Of a stretch of DNA of 64,000 bases, positions 39,732 through 50,765 are shown piece after piece; position 1 is the stretch's first letter; the number at the start of each line of letters is the position of its first letter. Origin of the DNA: an uncultured Acidimicrobiaceae bacterium (GTDB lineage Bacteria > Actinomycetota > Acidimicrobiia > Acidimicrobiales > RAAP-2). Made by a program: the position numbers and the translations under genes. Under the pieces are notes generated by a model. The model did no database searches. It saw nothing but the letters and a program-made list of their open reading frames with translations, and was not told the origin of the DNA. Location: assembly GCA_963789235.1 (NCBI GenBank), contig CAWBJX010000003.1:265257-329256 (forward strand), given 5' to 3'.

Positions 39732-40963
39732 TGAGCGGCTCGGAGGGGTCTCTTCCCGGCGTCGACCTGCTGGCCGAGAGCGAGGACCAGGCGGCGCTGC
39801 GCCAGCTGGCCCGCGACGTGGCCGAGCGGGAGGTGGCGCCGCGCGCCCACCAGGCCGACGAGGAGGGCGTGGTGCCGGCCGAGGTGCGCAAGGCGCTCGC
39901 CGCAGCCGACCTGTTGCGCATCACGGTGGGGGAGCGTTGGGGCGGCCTGGGCCTGGGCGACGTGGAGGCCGCCATCGTCCTGGAGGAGATCGCCCGGGTC
40001 GACGTGTCGGCGGCCATCTGCTGCCAGCTGACCTTCAACGGTCCGCCGCGGGGGATCGAGCATCTCGGCCCCGAGGCGATGAAGGAGCGCTGGCTGCCCG
40101 CGGCGGCGGACGGCGACGCGCTCGTCAGCATCGGGATCACCGAGCCCGATGCCGGGTCGGCGGTCCAGAACATGCGGGCGTCGCTGGTCGTGGACGGCCC
40201 GGGACGCTGGCGGCTGAACGCCTACAAGAACTACTCGACCCTGGGCGACGTGGCCCAGGGCGTGCTGGTGTGGTGCCGCTGGCCCGGCGGCGAGGGAGCC
40301 AAGGGCATCGGTGCGGTGATCGTGCCGACCGACCGCGAGGGCGTCTCGGTCACCGGGCGCCACAAGGGGATGGGCATCCACGCCGCCACGGAGGCCGAGC
40401 TGGCCTTCGACGGGGTGGCGATCACGGCCGACGACGTGCTGATCGCCGGCGACCCCTCGAGCACCGACGCCTTCAAGGTGCTGCTGTCGCACCTCAACCA
40501 CGAGCGCTGCGGCAACGCGTCGATGTGCGTCGGTGCCGCCCAGGGCGCGCTGGAGCACGCGGTGCGCTACATGAACGAGCGGGTCATCGGGGGCCGCCCG
40601 CTGGCCGACCTGCAGGGCCTGCAGTGGAAGCTGGCCGACATGGCGGTGCAGCTCGAGGGGGCGCGGCTGATGCTGGCACGGGCGGTGCGGCTGGCCGGGC
40701 CCGGGGGCACCCCGCCGCCGCTCGAGACCGCACTGGCCAAGACGGCGGCCAACCTGGCCGCCAAGTTCGTGTGCGACGAGGCCATGCAGATCCACGGCGG
40801 CTACGGCTACTCGCGCGAGTACCCCCTCGAGCGGGCCTATCGCGACATCCGGGGACTGTGCTTCGGGGCGGGGACCGTCGAGGCGCAGCGCAACTTCATC
40901 GGGCTGCGGGTGGCGGCGGGCGCTCGGACGGGCTCCCCTGGGTGGAGGGACCCGCTGGCCTGA
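39731..40963 (+). CDS. Acyl-CoA dehydrogenase family protein
   Basis: TGATG overlap with the thiolase stop. 410 aa, intact. Motifs GITEPDAGSA, RVIGGRPLADLQGLQWKLADM, IHGGYGYSREYPLERAYRD. Confidence 0.85.
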   Translation: MSGSEGSLPGVDLLAESEDQAALRQLARDVAEREVAPRAHQADEEGVVPAEVRKALAAADLLRITVGERWGGLGLGDVEAAIVLEEIARVDVSAAICCQLTFNGPPRGIEHLGPEAMKERWLPAAADGDALVSIGITEPDAGSAVQNMRASLVVDGPGRWRLNAYKNYSTLGDVAQGVLVWCRWPGGEGAKGIGAVIVPTDREGVSVTGRHKGMGIHAATEAELAFDGVAITADDVLIAGDPSSTDAFKVLLSHLNHERCGNASMCVGAAQGALEHAVRYMNERVIGGRPLADLQGLQWKLADMAVQLEGARLMLARAVRLAGPGGTPPPLETALAKTAANLAAKFVCDEAMQIHGGYGYSREYPLERAYRDIRGLCFGAGTVEAQRNFIGLRVAAGARTGSPGWRDPLA

Positions 40964-41127
40964 TCGCGGGAGCCGGCGGGTTCTCGACACCGGCTCGGTT
41001 CGGACCCCGACGACACGACCGCGGCAGTCTCTGGTTTTCTCCATGAGCTGAGTGCATCGACCCCGATGAGATCGGGCGGCGCCTCTCCCCGGACTATAAA
41101 CGGAGGCATTTAGAGTTCGACGAGACA

Positions 41128-41178
41128 TCACCCCCCTCACCCCCCTCACCCCCCTCACCCCCCTCACCCCCCTCACCC
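41128..41178. repeat. Tandem 9-bp repeat TCACCCCCC x5 plus a partial copy (GGGGGGTGA on the minus strand)
   Basis: Read directly: five perfect units at 41128-41172, then TCACCC. Intergenic, about 130 bp upstream of the ATG at 41306 and just downstream of an AT-richer patch containing TATAAA. Confidence 0.9.
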
Positions 41179-41305
41179 GCCGCCCGGCCGATGGGTGGCT
41201 CGGGCCGTGACCCGGGCGTTGGGAGCAACGTCGGACGGTCCATTCGCGTACGATGACGCCGGCGTCAGGGTGCGCAATGGGAGTAGCTGATGGGGAACGG
41301 GGGGA

Positions 41306-42691
41306 ATGCGGCTTCGGAGGCGCGGCGCGCGGGGCGCTCGTGTGGCGTCCGGAGCGTGCCTGGCCGCGCTGGTGGTCGCACTGGTGTCGTCCGGATCGGC
41401 CTGGGGCGCGCCCTCGGCGTCGACCCCGGGGAGCAGCGTCCCGACGGTGCACGGCGGCGTGAAGGGTCAGCCCGGCTACCTCGTCTACTGGGACCAGAAC
41501 GAAGAGGTGGACTTCCTCTCCATGCCGACGGGCACCCTGGGTCAGCTCCTCCCGGCCTGGGACCTCAACGGGCAGGTCTGCGTGCTGCCCGACGGCCGCT
41601 TCGTCGGCGGCTACGACCCGACGCTCCCGAGCCAGCACAACCTGGGCGGGCTCAAGCCGTACAAGCAGCCGGCGGACGGCGAGGAGCTCGACGAGCCCAA
41701 CGGGTCCTTCAGCGGCCAGACCCTCTACGTGCCGGGACCGTACAAGATCCGCGGCCAGTCGATCGGCAGTGATTCACCGCCGAGCGCCAACGGGGTGTTC
41801 AACAACAACCAGACCTACACCGGGTGCGCGATCGACAGCCATCAGAACATCTTCGCCAACGATATCGCCACGGCGCAGGGCTCCTACCCGCCGCCCAGCA
41901 GCGGGCGGCTGGTCGAGTGGTTCGCGCCCAACTACACGACCGACGTGCATCGTGTACGGCCCCACCGCCGGTGGGTTACGGGCCGCACCACACGGACGGC
42001 ACCGGCGGGCTGGCCCAGCCGGGGACCATGGCGCGTCGCGCTCCAACGACGACCTGCTGATCCCCAACGTCGGCACCTCGAGCGTGCTCCGCTTCGCCCA
42101 CGCGTCCCTCCCGACCAGCGCCGCCCAGTGCCCGGGCGGGGTGTACCCGCGCGCCAAGGTGCAGGTGTCGACCTTCTACAAGGTCGCCTTCCCCGCCGGC
42201 ATCGCACGAGGACCCGACGTGCGGCTGCTACGCCGTCAGCAGCTACATCGGCGACCCCTCCATCGTCTGGGTGAGCGCCAGCGGTCAACCCGAGCCGGGA
42301 CGTGGCTCGGTGCCGGGCACGACGGTGGCGGATCTCGGGAAGAGCCCCGACCAGTACAACCCGTTCGGCATGGCCTTCGCCCCGGACGGGACCCTGTACT
42401 TCGTCGACATCCACATCACATGCACCGGTCCGCTCACCGGCTGCGGTCCGGCCTCCTACGGTGGCCGCGTCATGCGGGTCACCTTCACCGAGTGGCCAAC
42501 CGTCGGCGCCGGTGACGGTGGCGGGCGGCTTCGACTTCCCGACCAGCGTGACCGTGTGCGTCCCGGCGCAGACGCGATGTCCCTACCCGTCGGGGAAGAT
42601 CAAGGCCCCGTTGTCGGGCCCCGTCGGAGAACCCGGCGCCCGCCAAGGGCCCCTCGTCCGACAAGCCCCGGCAACCGCCGGCTTCGGCTGA
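41306..42691 (+). pseudogene. Secreted protein of unknown function (propeller-like, Cys-rich), at least five frameshifts
   Basis: Signal peptide MRLRRRGARGARVASGACLAALVVALVSSGSAWGAP. The coding signal hops between ORFs 41306.., 41769.., 41824.., 42271.. and 42302..42691 (e.g. ...LVEWFAPNYTT / CIVYGPTAGG / GPHHTDGTGGLAQPGTMA / NDDLLIPNVGTSSVLRF... / YAVSSYIGDPSIVWVSASG...GMAFAPDGTLYFVDIH... / GQPSAPVTVAGGFDFPTSVTVC). Confidence 0.5.
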
Positions 42692-42699
42692 GGACGTTG

Positions 42700-44320
42700 C
42701 ACGCCAGGGGGCGGCGGGCGGCACGCACGCCGGCGTGGTGCTCGTCGGCGTGGCGCCGCCGCTCCGGGTTCGGGCGGCGCTGGGCGCCGTCGCCTCGCGG
42801 CGGCCGCGCTGGCCGCCGGCAGCAATGGCACCCCGCGCAGCGCCGCCGGGCGCGTCCGCCGTCCGCCGGCCGCGTCAGCCCCTGGGACTGGCCCGCCTAC
42901 GGTCACGACGCCCAGCACACCTTCCACGGCCGCACCACACTGACCGAGACGTCGGTCCGGACCCTGCGCCGGCCTGGTTCTTCCCGACCGGCGACGCCGT
43001 CACCGCGACGCCCACAGTCGTCGGCGACACCGTCTACGCGGGATCGTGGGACGACTACTTCTACGCGCTGAACCTCGAGACGGGAGAGCTGCGCTGGAAG
43101 GTCCGGCTCGACTCGCAGGACGCCATCACCCCGTACCCGGGACAGCAACCCCGCGACGCCACGTCCGACGGCGGTCTGGTCACCTCCTCCGCCTGGTTCG
43201 AGCCGGCATCGGCCGGGCGGCCGGCGCTCGTGATCTTCTCCGGGGGCTACACGCTCTACGCACTGCGGGCCGCCACCGGAGCGGTGTACTGGGAGCACGA
43301 CTACCCGGGCGTGCCCGGGCCGCCGCAGCCCGAACAGCCGACAGCACACGCATCTTCTCGTCCCCCGTCGTCGTGGACGGCCGGGTCATCGTCGGGGTCG
43401 ACGAGGACGGGCAGCCGGCGTCGGCCGGCTACATCGTCGCCGCCAGCCTCGACACCGGCGATCCCGTGTGGGAGTTCCAGACCGACGTCGGCACACCCGG
43501 GAGCACCCGTGTGCTCGACGACAGTTGCGGCAGCGTCTGGTCCTCGGGCACCGTCTTGCCCGACCTGGGCCTGGTCGTCTTCGGCACGGCCGACTGCAAG
43601 TTCGGCGGTTCGGCGCTCTACGCGGACTCGGTGATCGCGCTGCGCATCGCCAACGGCAGGCTGGCGTGGAAGTTCCATCCGCTCGGCCACGCGCCGGCCT
43701 GTGACGACGACTTCGGGGCCAGCGCCAACGCGGGGCTCTCCGCGGCGGGGAGGACGACGTTCCTCGGTGAGGGGAGCAAGAACGGCACCTACTACTCGCT
43801 GAACCCGCGCACGGGCCGGCTGCGCTGGTCGACCAACGTGGTCTTCGGCGGGTCGTCGGGGGGTTTCATCGGGACCACCGCCTACGACGGCCGCCGCGTC
43901 CTGGGGGCGACGGGCCTGGGCGACTTCCTCCCGACCTCGCGCGGGACCTTGCCCGTGTGCGACCCCTCCGATCCCCGCGACGTCGAGCAGCAGAACCCGA
44001 CCGACCACGCCTTCGACGCGGCATACCGGGGCGGTGCTCTGGCAGGCCAACGACTCGGCGTCGTTCTCGGCCACCACGGTGGCCGGCGGGATGATGTTCA
44101 ACGGCCTTGCGCTGGCCGCCAAGGCGATCCAGGTGCGCGCCGTCTCCAGCGGGCGCCTGCTCGACGCAGGTCGGCCTGCCCCAGTTCGACTGGTCCGGCA
44201 TCGCCACCGTGGGCGACGCCCTGGTCTTCGGCGTCGGCACCACCGCGTCGTCGACGCTCCTCGGGCATCGAGGTGCTGACCCCGGGCGGCACGCCGCCGC
44301 TGGTCCCGGGGTCCGGCTGA
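42700..44320 (+). pseudogene. PQQ-like (BamB/YVTN-type) beta-propeller repeat protein, probably secreted, several frameshifts
   Basis: Repeat motifs GDTVYAGSWDDYFYALNLETGELRWK, YTLYALRAATGAVYWEH, GYIVAASLDTGDPVWEF, DSVIALRIANGRLAWKF, GTYYSLNPRTGRLRWS and AVLWQANDSASF are spread over ORFs 42271.., 42735.., 43046..44320, 44034.. and 44107... The start is not resolved. Confidence 0.6.
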
Positions 44321-44350
44321 GGTCGTCCCGCCGGGCCGCCCGGGCCCGCT

Positions 44351-45769
<1,419 letters not shown>

Positions 45770-45881
45770 GGTCCCTCCCTGTTCGGCGGTCGCTGCGTTT
45801 CCGCCTTTCCCACCCTACAGAGGTGCCCGTCCCCCTGCCTCGGGCGCGTGGCGACCGAGGGCGTGCCGCCGACCGAGGGCG

Positions 45882-47166
45882 TCAGCGGCTCCGGGGGGGA
45901 CGCCGGCCGTTGCCCACCTGCGGCGGGCGGCGCCGGTGTCGGCGGGCGTCGGAGGACTGCGGCCGCCGGCGCCGGCTCTCTTTGGGCGGCCGAGCACCTC
46001 GGTGGCCGGCGTCGGCCGAGAGGCGGACCCCGTCCGCGTCGGTGACGTCGAGGCCGAGCGTGCGAAGCAGGCTGGCGGCCGTCTGTCGCTGCTCGGGCGT
46101 GACCAGCGCGATGACGGTCCCGTCGGCACCCGCCCGCGCCGTGCGGCCCGAACGGTGCACGTAGTCCTTGGGGCTCTCGGGGAGGTCGTAGTGGATCACC
46201 GTCGAGACGTCGTCGACGTGGATGCCCCGCGCCGCGACGTCGGTGGCCACGAGGGCATGGACCCGGCCCGCCCGGAACGCCTTGAGCGTCCGCTCGCGCT
46301 GGGCCTGGGACCGGCCCCCGTGGATGGCCTGGGCCGCGATGCCGGCGTGCGCCAGCTTGGTGGCCACCCGGTCGGCGCCGTGCTTGGTGCGCACGAAGAT
46401 GATCGACGAGGTGGCCGCCCCGGCCAGCTCGGCCAGCGCGGCCGGCCGGTCGGCGTGGGCCACGTGGTGAAAGGCGTGGGTCACCCGGCTGAGGTCGTCG
46501 GCGTCGTTGACGACCTCGTGGCGAACCGGGTCCTTCTGGTAGCGGCGCACGAGGACGTCGACCTCGCCGTCGAGCGTCGCCGAGTAGAGCAGGGTCTGGC
46601 GCTGCGACGCCGTGGCGTCGAGGATCCGGCGCACGGCGGGCAGGAAGCCCATGTCCGCCATGCGGTCGGCCTCGTCGAGGACGACCGTGCGCACGTCGGC
46701 CAGGCGGATCGTGCCCGCCTGCATCAAGTCCTCGAGGCGCCCCGGGCAGGCGACGACCACGTCGGCGCCGGTGCGCAACGCCTTGCGCTGGCGTTCGTAG
46801 CTCACGCCGCCGTAGACGACGGCGACGTGACGGCCGCGCGCCCGCAGGAGCGGGGCCAGGACGTCGGAGATCTGCAGCGCCAGCTCGCGCGTGGGCACGA
46901 GGATCAGAGCCTGGGGCTTCTTCGGCGCGCAGTGCCGCACGGTCGCCGCCACCGGAAGCGCGAAGGCGAGGGTCTTGCCCGATCCGGTCGGGCGCCTTCG
47001 CCGACACGTCGCGGCCGGCCAGGGCGTCGGCGATGGTCATGGCCTGGATGGGGAGCGGGGACGTGATGCCCTGGGCGGCCAGCACCTCGACGAGGGCGTC
47101 GGGCAGGCCGAAGTCACCGAAGGTGGTGGTGGCGGGCACATCGATGCCCAGCGTGGGGGACGACAA
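45882..47166 (-). pseudogene. DEAD-box ATP-dependent RNA helicase, one frameshift inside the Walker A codons
   Basis: Q-motif region TFGDFGLPDALVEVL..PLPIQ is in ORF 45508..47166. The remainder (GKTLAFALP.., PTRELA, VLDEADRM, SAT, ARGIHVDD, HRSGRTARAG, basic tail) is in ORF 45882..46952. The junction reads gcgccc-g-accggatcgggcaagacc (A-P-[+1 nt]-T-G-S-G-K-T) at about 46985. Confidence 0.8.
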
Positions 47167-47305
47167 GGGTGGAACTCCGTTCTGTGGTCACGCACCGCAA
47201 CCTCAGGGTGGAATCCCGCCGGTCGCCTGTGGTGCACCGAGCACCACGGACGCGTCACGGGTGCAGGTTAGCAGTCCGGGGCGTCCGCTCGGGTTCGCGC
47301 CGCGC

Positions 47306-48196
47306 TCAGCCCTTCTTGCCGAGCAGCGGATGCTCGCCCATGCCCACCGGCTGGAGATGCTGGCCGAGCACCTCGTGGAAGTGGTCGGCCACCTCCTGGG
47401 GCGTCCATCCTCCCTCGCGCCACATCGCCGCGACCTGGCGCGGCGTCTGGAACAGCGTGTAGGCGAAGCCCGTGCGCCCGAGCACCTGTCCGTTCACGTA
47501 GGAGGCGCCCTCGCTGGCCAGGAACGCGATCAGCGGGGCGTTGAGCGCGGGGTCCTGGTCGGCCGGCGGCGCGGCCCCGGCGTAGAGGCCCTCGGTCATG
47601 CGGGTGTAGCCGGCCGGCGCGACGGCGTTGACGGTGATGCCGTACTTGCCGAGCTCGAGCGCCCACACGAAGGTCATGCCCATGATGGCCGCCTTGGCCG
47701 CGCCGTAGTTGGTCTGGCCGAAGTTGCCCCGCAGGCCGGCCGAGGAGGTGATGTTGACGATGCGCCCGTAGCCGGCCTCCTTCATGAGTCGGGGCCGCGT
47801 GGCGGACGGTGTTGAACGTGCCCTTCTGGTGCACCGCGATCACGGCGTCGTAGTCCGCCTCGTCCATCTTGACCAGGGTGCGGTCGCGCACGATGCCGGC
47901 ATTGTTGACGACCACGTCGAGGCGACCGAAGGCGTCGGTTGCCGTGGCGACGATCCGGCCCGCCGCCTCGAACTCGGCGACCGAGTCGTGGTTGGGGACG
48001 GCTTCGCCGCCCGCCGCCTCGATCTCCCGGCACACCGTCGCGGCGGGGTCCTCGCCGGTTCCTTCCCCGCCCAGGGTGACGCCCACGTCGTTGACGACGA
48101 CCTTGGCCCCCTCCCCGGCGAGGCAGAGGGCGATGTCGCGCCCGATCCCCGACCCGCACCGGTCACCACCGCCACACGCCCGTCCAGTAGTCCCAT
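47306..48196 (-). pseudogene. Short-chain dehydrogenase/reductase (SDR), two frameshifts
   Basis: MGLLDGRVAVVTGAG (ORF 47840..48196) continues as SGIGRDIALCLAGEGAKVVVNDV...NNAGIVRD (frame of ORF 47268..49361), then MKEAGYGRIVNITSSAGL..YGAAKAAIMGMT (ORF 47306..47785). Shifts at about 48140 and 47790. Confidence 0.75.
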
Positions 48197-48323
48197 GGGC
48201 GAGACAGTACTCCGGCGCCTCGTTCCCTGACAGACGTGTCAGCAACGGCGGCGGGGGCTGTACGATCGGGGCGACCACCGGGCGAGGAGGCTCGCCCAAC
48301 GAGCGGTGAGGAGCGACCCGGCC

Positions 48324-48965
48324 ATGGCCACCTTCGTTGAGAACGCACCAGAGCAGATCGTCGCCGCCGCCAAGGAGCTGCTGGAGAAGGGACTGGTCGA
48401 GGGGACCTCGGGGAACATCTCGGCGCGCATGGAGGACGGCAACATCGCAGTCACGCCGTCGTCGCTCGACTACCGGATCATGACCCCCGACGACATCGTG
48501 ATCGTGGACCCGGCCGGCGACGTCGTCGCGGGCGAGCGTGGGCCGACGTCGGAGAAGTACCTCCACCTGGCGGTGATGGGCGCCTACGAGGACATCGCGG
48601 TGTGCATCCACTCGCATGCCGTGCACGCCACCATGTTCGCCGTCGCCCATCAGGACATCCCGAGCTGCATCGACGAATTCACGGTCTACTTGGGCGGCGA
48701 CATCCGCTGCACGGAGTACTGCCCCAGCGGGTCGGCCGAGCTGGGCGAGCAGACGGTCAAGGCGCTCGAGAACCGGGGTGCGGCGCTCATTGCCAACCAC
48801 GGCATGGTCGCGGTCGGCACCACCATGCCGAAGGCGATGCACAACACCGCGCTCGTGGAGCGCTCGGCCAAGATCATCTGGGGGGCCACGCAGCTCGGCG
48901 GGATCTTCCCGCTGCCCGAGAAGGTCAACCAGAACTTCGCCAACGTCTACCCCTACATGCGGTAG
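48324..48965 (+). CDS. Class II aldolase/adducin family protein
   Basis: Start at the internal ATG 48324 (MATFVENAPEQIV...). Motifs GTSGNISARM and metal-binding HSHAVHATMFA. Confidence 0.8.
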   Translation: MATFVENAPEQIVAAAKELLEKGLVEGTSGNISARMEDGNIAVTPSSLDYRIMTPDDIVIVDPAGDVVAGERGPTSEKYLHLAVMGAYEDIAVCIHSHAVHATMFAVAHQDIPSCIDEFTVYLGGDIRCTEYCPSGSAELGEQTVKALENRGAALIANHGMVAVGTTMPKAMHNTALVERSAKIIWGATQLGGIFPLPEKVNQNFANVYPYMR

Positions 48966-48971
48966 GCGCCG

Positions 48972-49442
48972 GTGAGCGACGGCACCATCCGGGCCCGGCT
49001 CGCCGAGCTGGGCCTCACTCTCTACGGGCCGCACCCGCCGCACGACCCGCTCGACGCCGTGGTGGTGCACGACGGGGTGGCGCGCACCTCGGGGCAACTG
49101 CCTCGCATCGCCGGGGCGCTCACCTGTCTCGGGCGCCTGGGTGACACCGTGACCGTCGAGGAAGGCCGGGAGGCGGCCGCCGTGTGCGCGCTGAACGCCC
49201 TGGCCGTGCTGGAGCAGGCGCTGGGCTCGCTCGACCGGGTCACGCGGGTGTTGACGGTGACCGGCTACGTCGCCTCGGCGCCCGACTTCCACCAGCAGCC
49301 GGCCGTGGTGGACGGGGCCAGCCGCGTGCTGGCCGACGTCTTCGGCGAGGCGGGCCGCCACACGCGCTCGGCCGTCGGCGTGGCCGCACTGCCCCGCAAC
49401 GGGGCCGTCGAGATCGAGGTGACGGTCGCCGTCAGCGACTGA
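48972..49442 (+). CDS. RidA/YjgF-family protein
   Basis: 156 aa with a GTG start. YjgF-like C-terminal region RSAVGVAALPRNGAVEIEV. Confidence 0.8.
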   Translation: MSDGTIRARLAELGLTLYGPHPPHDPLDAVVVHDGVARTSGQLPRIAGALTCLGRLGDTVTVEEGREAAAVCALNALAVLEQALGSLDRVTRVLTVTGYVASAPDFHQQPAVVDGASRVLADVFGEAGRHTRSAVGVAALPRNGAVEIEVTVAVSD

Positions 49443-50260
49443 AGGCGGCGCCGATCACGGGCCGGGCGACGGCGGCCAGGTCCCAGTACCCGTACGTGCC
49501 GCTGTCCCGGAGCTCGGTCACGGCGTTGACGGCGGCGCCGTAGGCGGCGACGGCGATCGCGCCTCCGACCGAGACCCGGCTCACGCCCAGCTCGGCGAGC
49601 TCGCCGACGGTGGGGGCGCCGGGCAGCACGAGCACGCTGACCGGGAGGTCGACCGCCGAGAGCAGCTGGCGCAGCTCGCCCGGGTCGACCACCCGCGGGG
49701 CGAAGAGGACGTCGGCGCCGGCCTCCTGATAGGCCTGCAGGCGGGCGATGGTGTCGCCGAGGTCCACCCGGTGGTGCAGGTAGTTCTCCGCCCTGGCCGT
49801 GAGCACGAAGGGCACCGGACCGTCATGGGCGGCCTCGGCCGCCGCCCGGACGCGTTCGGTGGCCTGCGCCAGCTCGTAGATCGGCAGCGTCCTTGTCGCC
49901 GGTGAAGTCCTCCACCGAGCCGCCGGCCAGGCCGCGGTCGACGGCGGCCGCGATCGTGGCGGCCACGCCGGCGGGATCGCGGGCGAAGCAGTTCTCGAGG
50001 TCGGCCGAGACCGGGATGTCGACCGCCCCGGCCAGCTCGGCGGCGTGGGCCAGCACCTCGTCCTTGGTCATCGCCCCGTCGAGGCGGCCCCGCGTGGCGG
50101 CGAAGCCGCCGCTCGTGGTGGCGATCGCCTCGAAGCCGAGGGAGGCGAACAGGGCGGCGGAGCCGAGGTCCCAGGCGTTGGGCATGAGGAGCGGCCGGCC
50201 GGGGACGTGGAGGGAGCGGAACCGTTCGGCTCGTTGCGCCGGCGAAGCGGGAGACGTCAT
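49432..50260 (-). pseudogene. Isocitrate lyase/PEP mutase superfamily protein (2-methylisocitrate lyase/oxaloacetate decarboxylase-like), one frameshift
   Basis: ORF 49823..50260 (LLMPNAWDLGSAALFASLGFEAIATTSGG ... SADLENCF ... GGSVEDF) continues in ORF 49432..49815 (PFVLTARAENYL...AGADVLFAP). Shift at about 49880. 11-nt convergent overlap with the RidA gene. Confidence 0.75.
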
Positions 50261-50297
50261 GGCCGCACCGTACCGGCGCGGGCGGCCGAACGCGCCG

Positions 50298-50765
50298 TCA
50301 GTGGGCCGGCGGGCGCTCCGGCTCGGGGAACTCCCAGTACTGGAATTCGATCGTCATGGGCAGCAGATAACGGAGGTAGAGCGAATGGATCTTGACCACC
50401 TTCTGGTCGTCCACGTGCAGGTCGATCAGCTCCATGCGGTCGTCCGCCTTGCGGAACGCCTCGGCCCGCTCCTGGATGCCCCGCAGCTCGTCGAGGGAGC
50501 CCACGGCGAACCCGTAGTGGTCCATCCTCGGGCAGCGCATCGGGTCGTCCTCCGCGATGAGGAAGATGAACTGGTCCCAGTGCACGCAGCTGAGGATGAG
50601 GCGGCGGCGGTCCTCCGTCATGACCCCGATCTCCTCGAAGCCGAGCACCTCGTGGAAGAAGCGGCAGACCTCGGCCCGGCTCTCGGCGCCGAGGAGGTCG
50701 GCGGGCAGCGACATGGCGACGTGGTTGAAGCGCGGGTTGCCCGACGGGTAGAAGGGGTGCGCCAT
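50298..50765 (-). CDS. VOC (glyoxalase/bleomycin-resistance/dioxygenase) family protein
   Basis: 155 aa from the ATG at 50765 (MAHPFYPSGNPRFNHVAMSLP...). TGATG overlap with the upstream dehydrogenase stop. The family call is from overall resemblance only. Confidence 0.6.
   Translation of the reverse strand: MAHPFYPSGNPRFNHVAMSLPADLLGAESRAEVCRFFHEVLGFEEIGVMTEDRRRLILSCVHWDQFIFLIAEDDPMRCPRMDHYGFAVGSLDELRGIQERAEAFRKADDRMELIDLHVDDQKVVKIHSLYLRYLLPMTIEFQYWEFPEPERPPAH

Noticed and set aside
41128-41178. CRISPR array or coding repeat
   Set aside because: The units are contiguous 9-mers without spacers, there are no cas genes in the window, and no credible ORF spans them on the plus strand.
39338-41638. 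766-aa ORF on the minus strand containing a (VRG)n run
   Set aside because: It is antisense to the ACAD gene. The VRG repeat is simply the translated intergenic 9-bp tandem repeat. No family resemblance.
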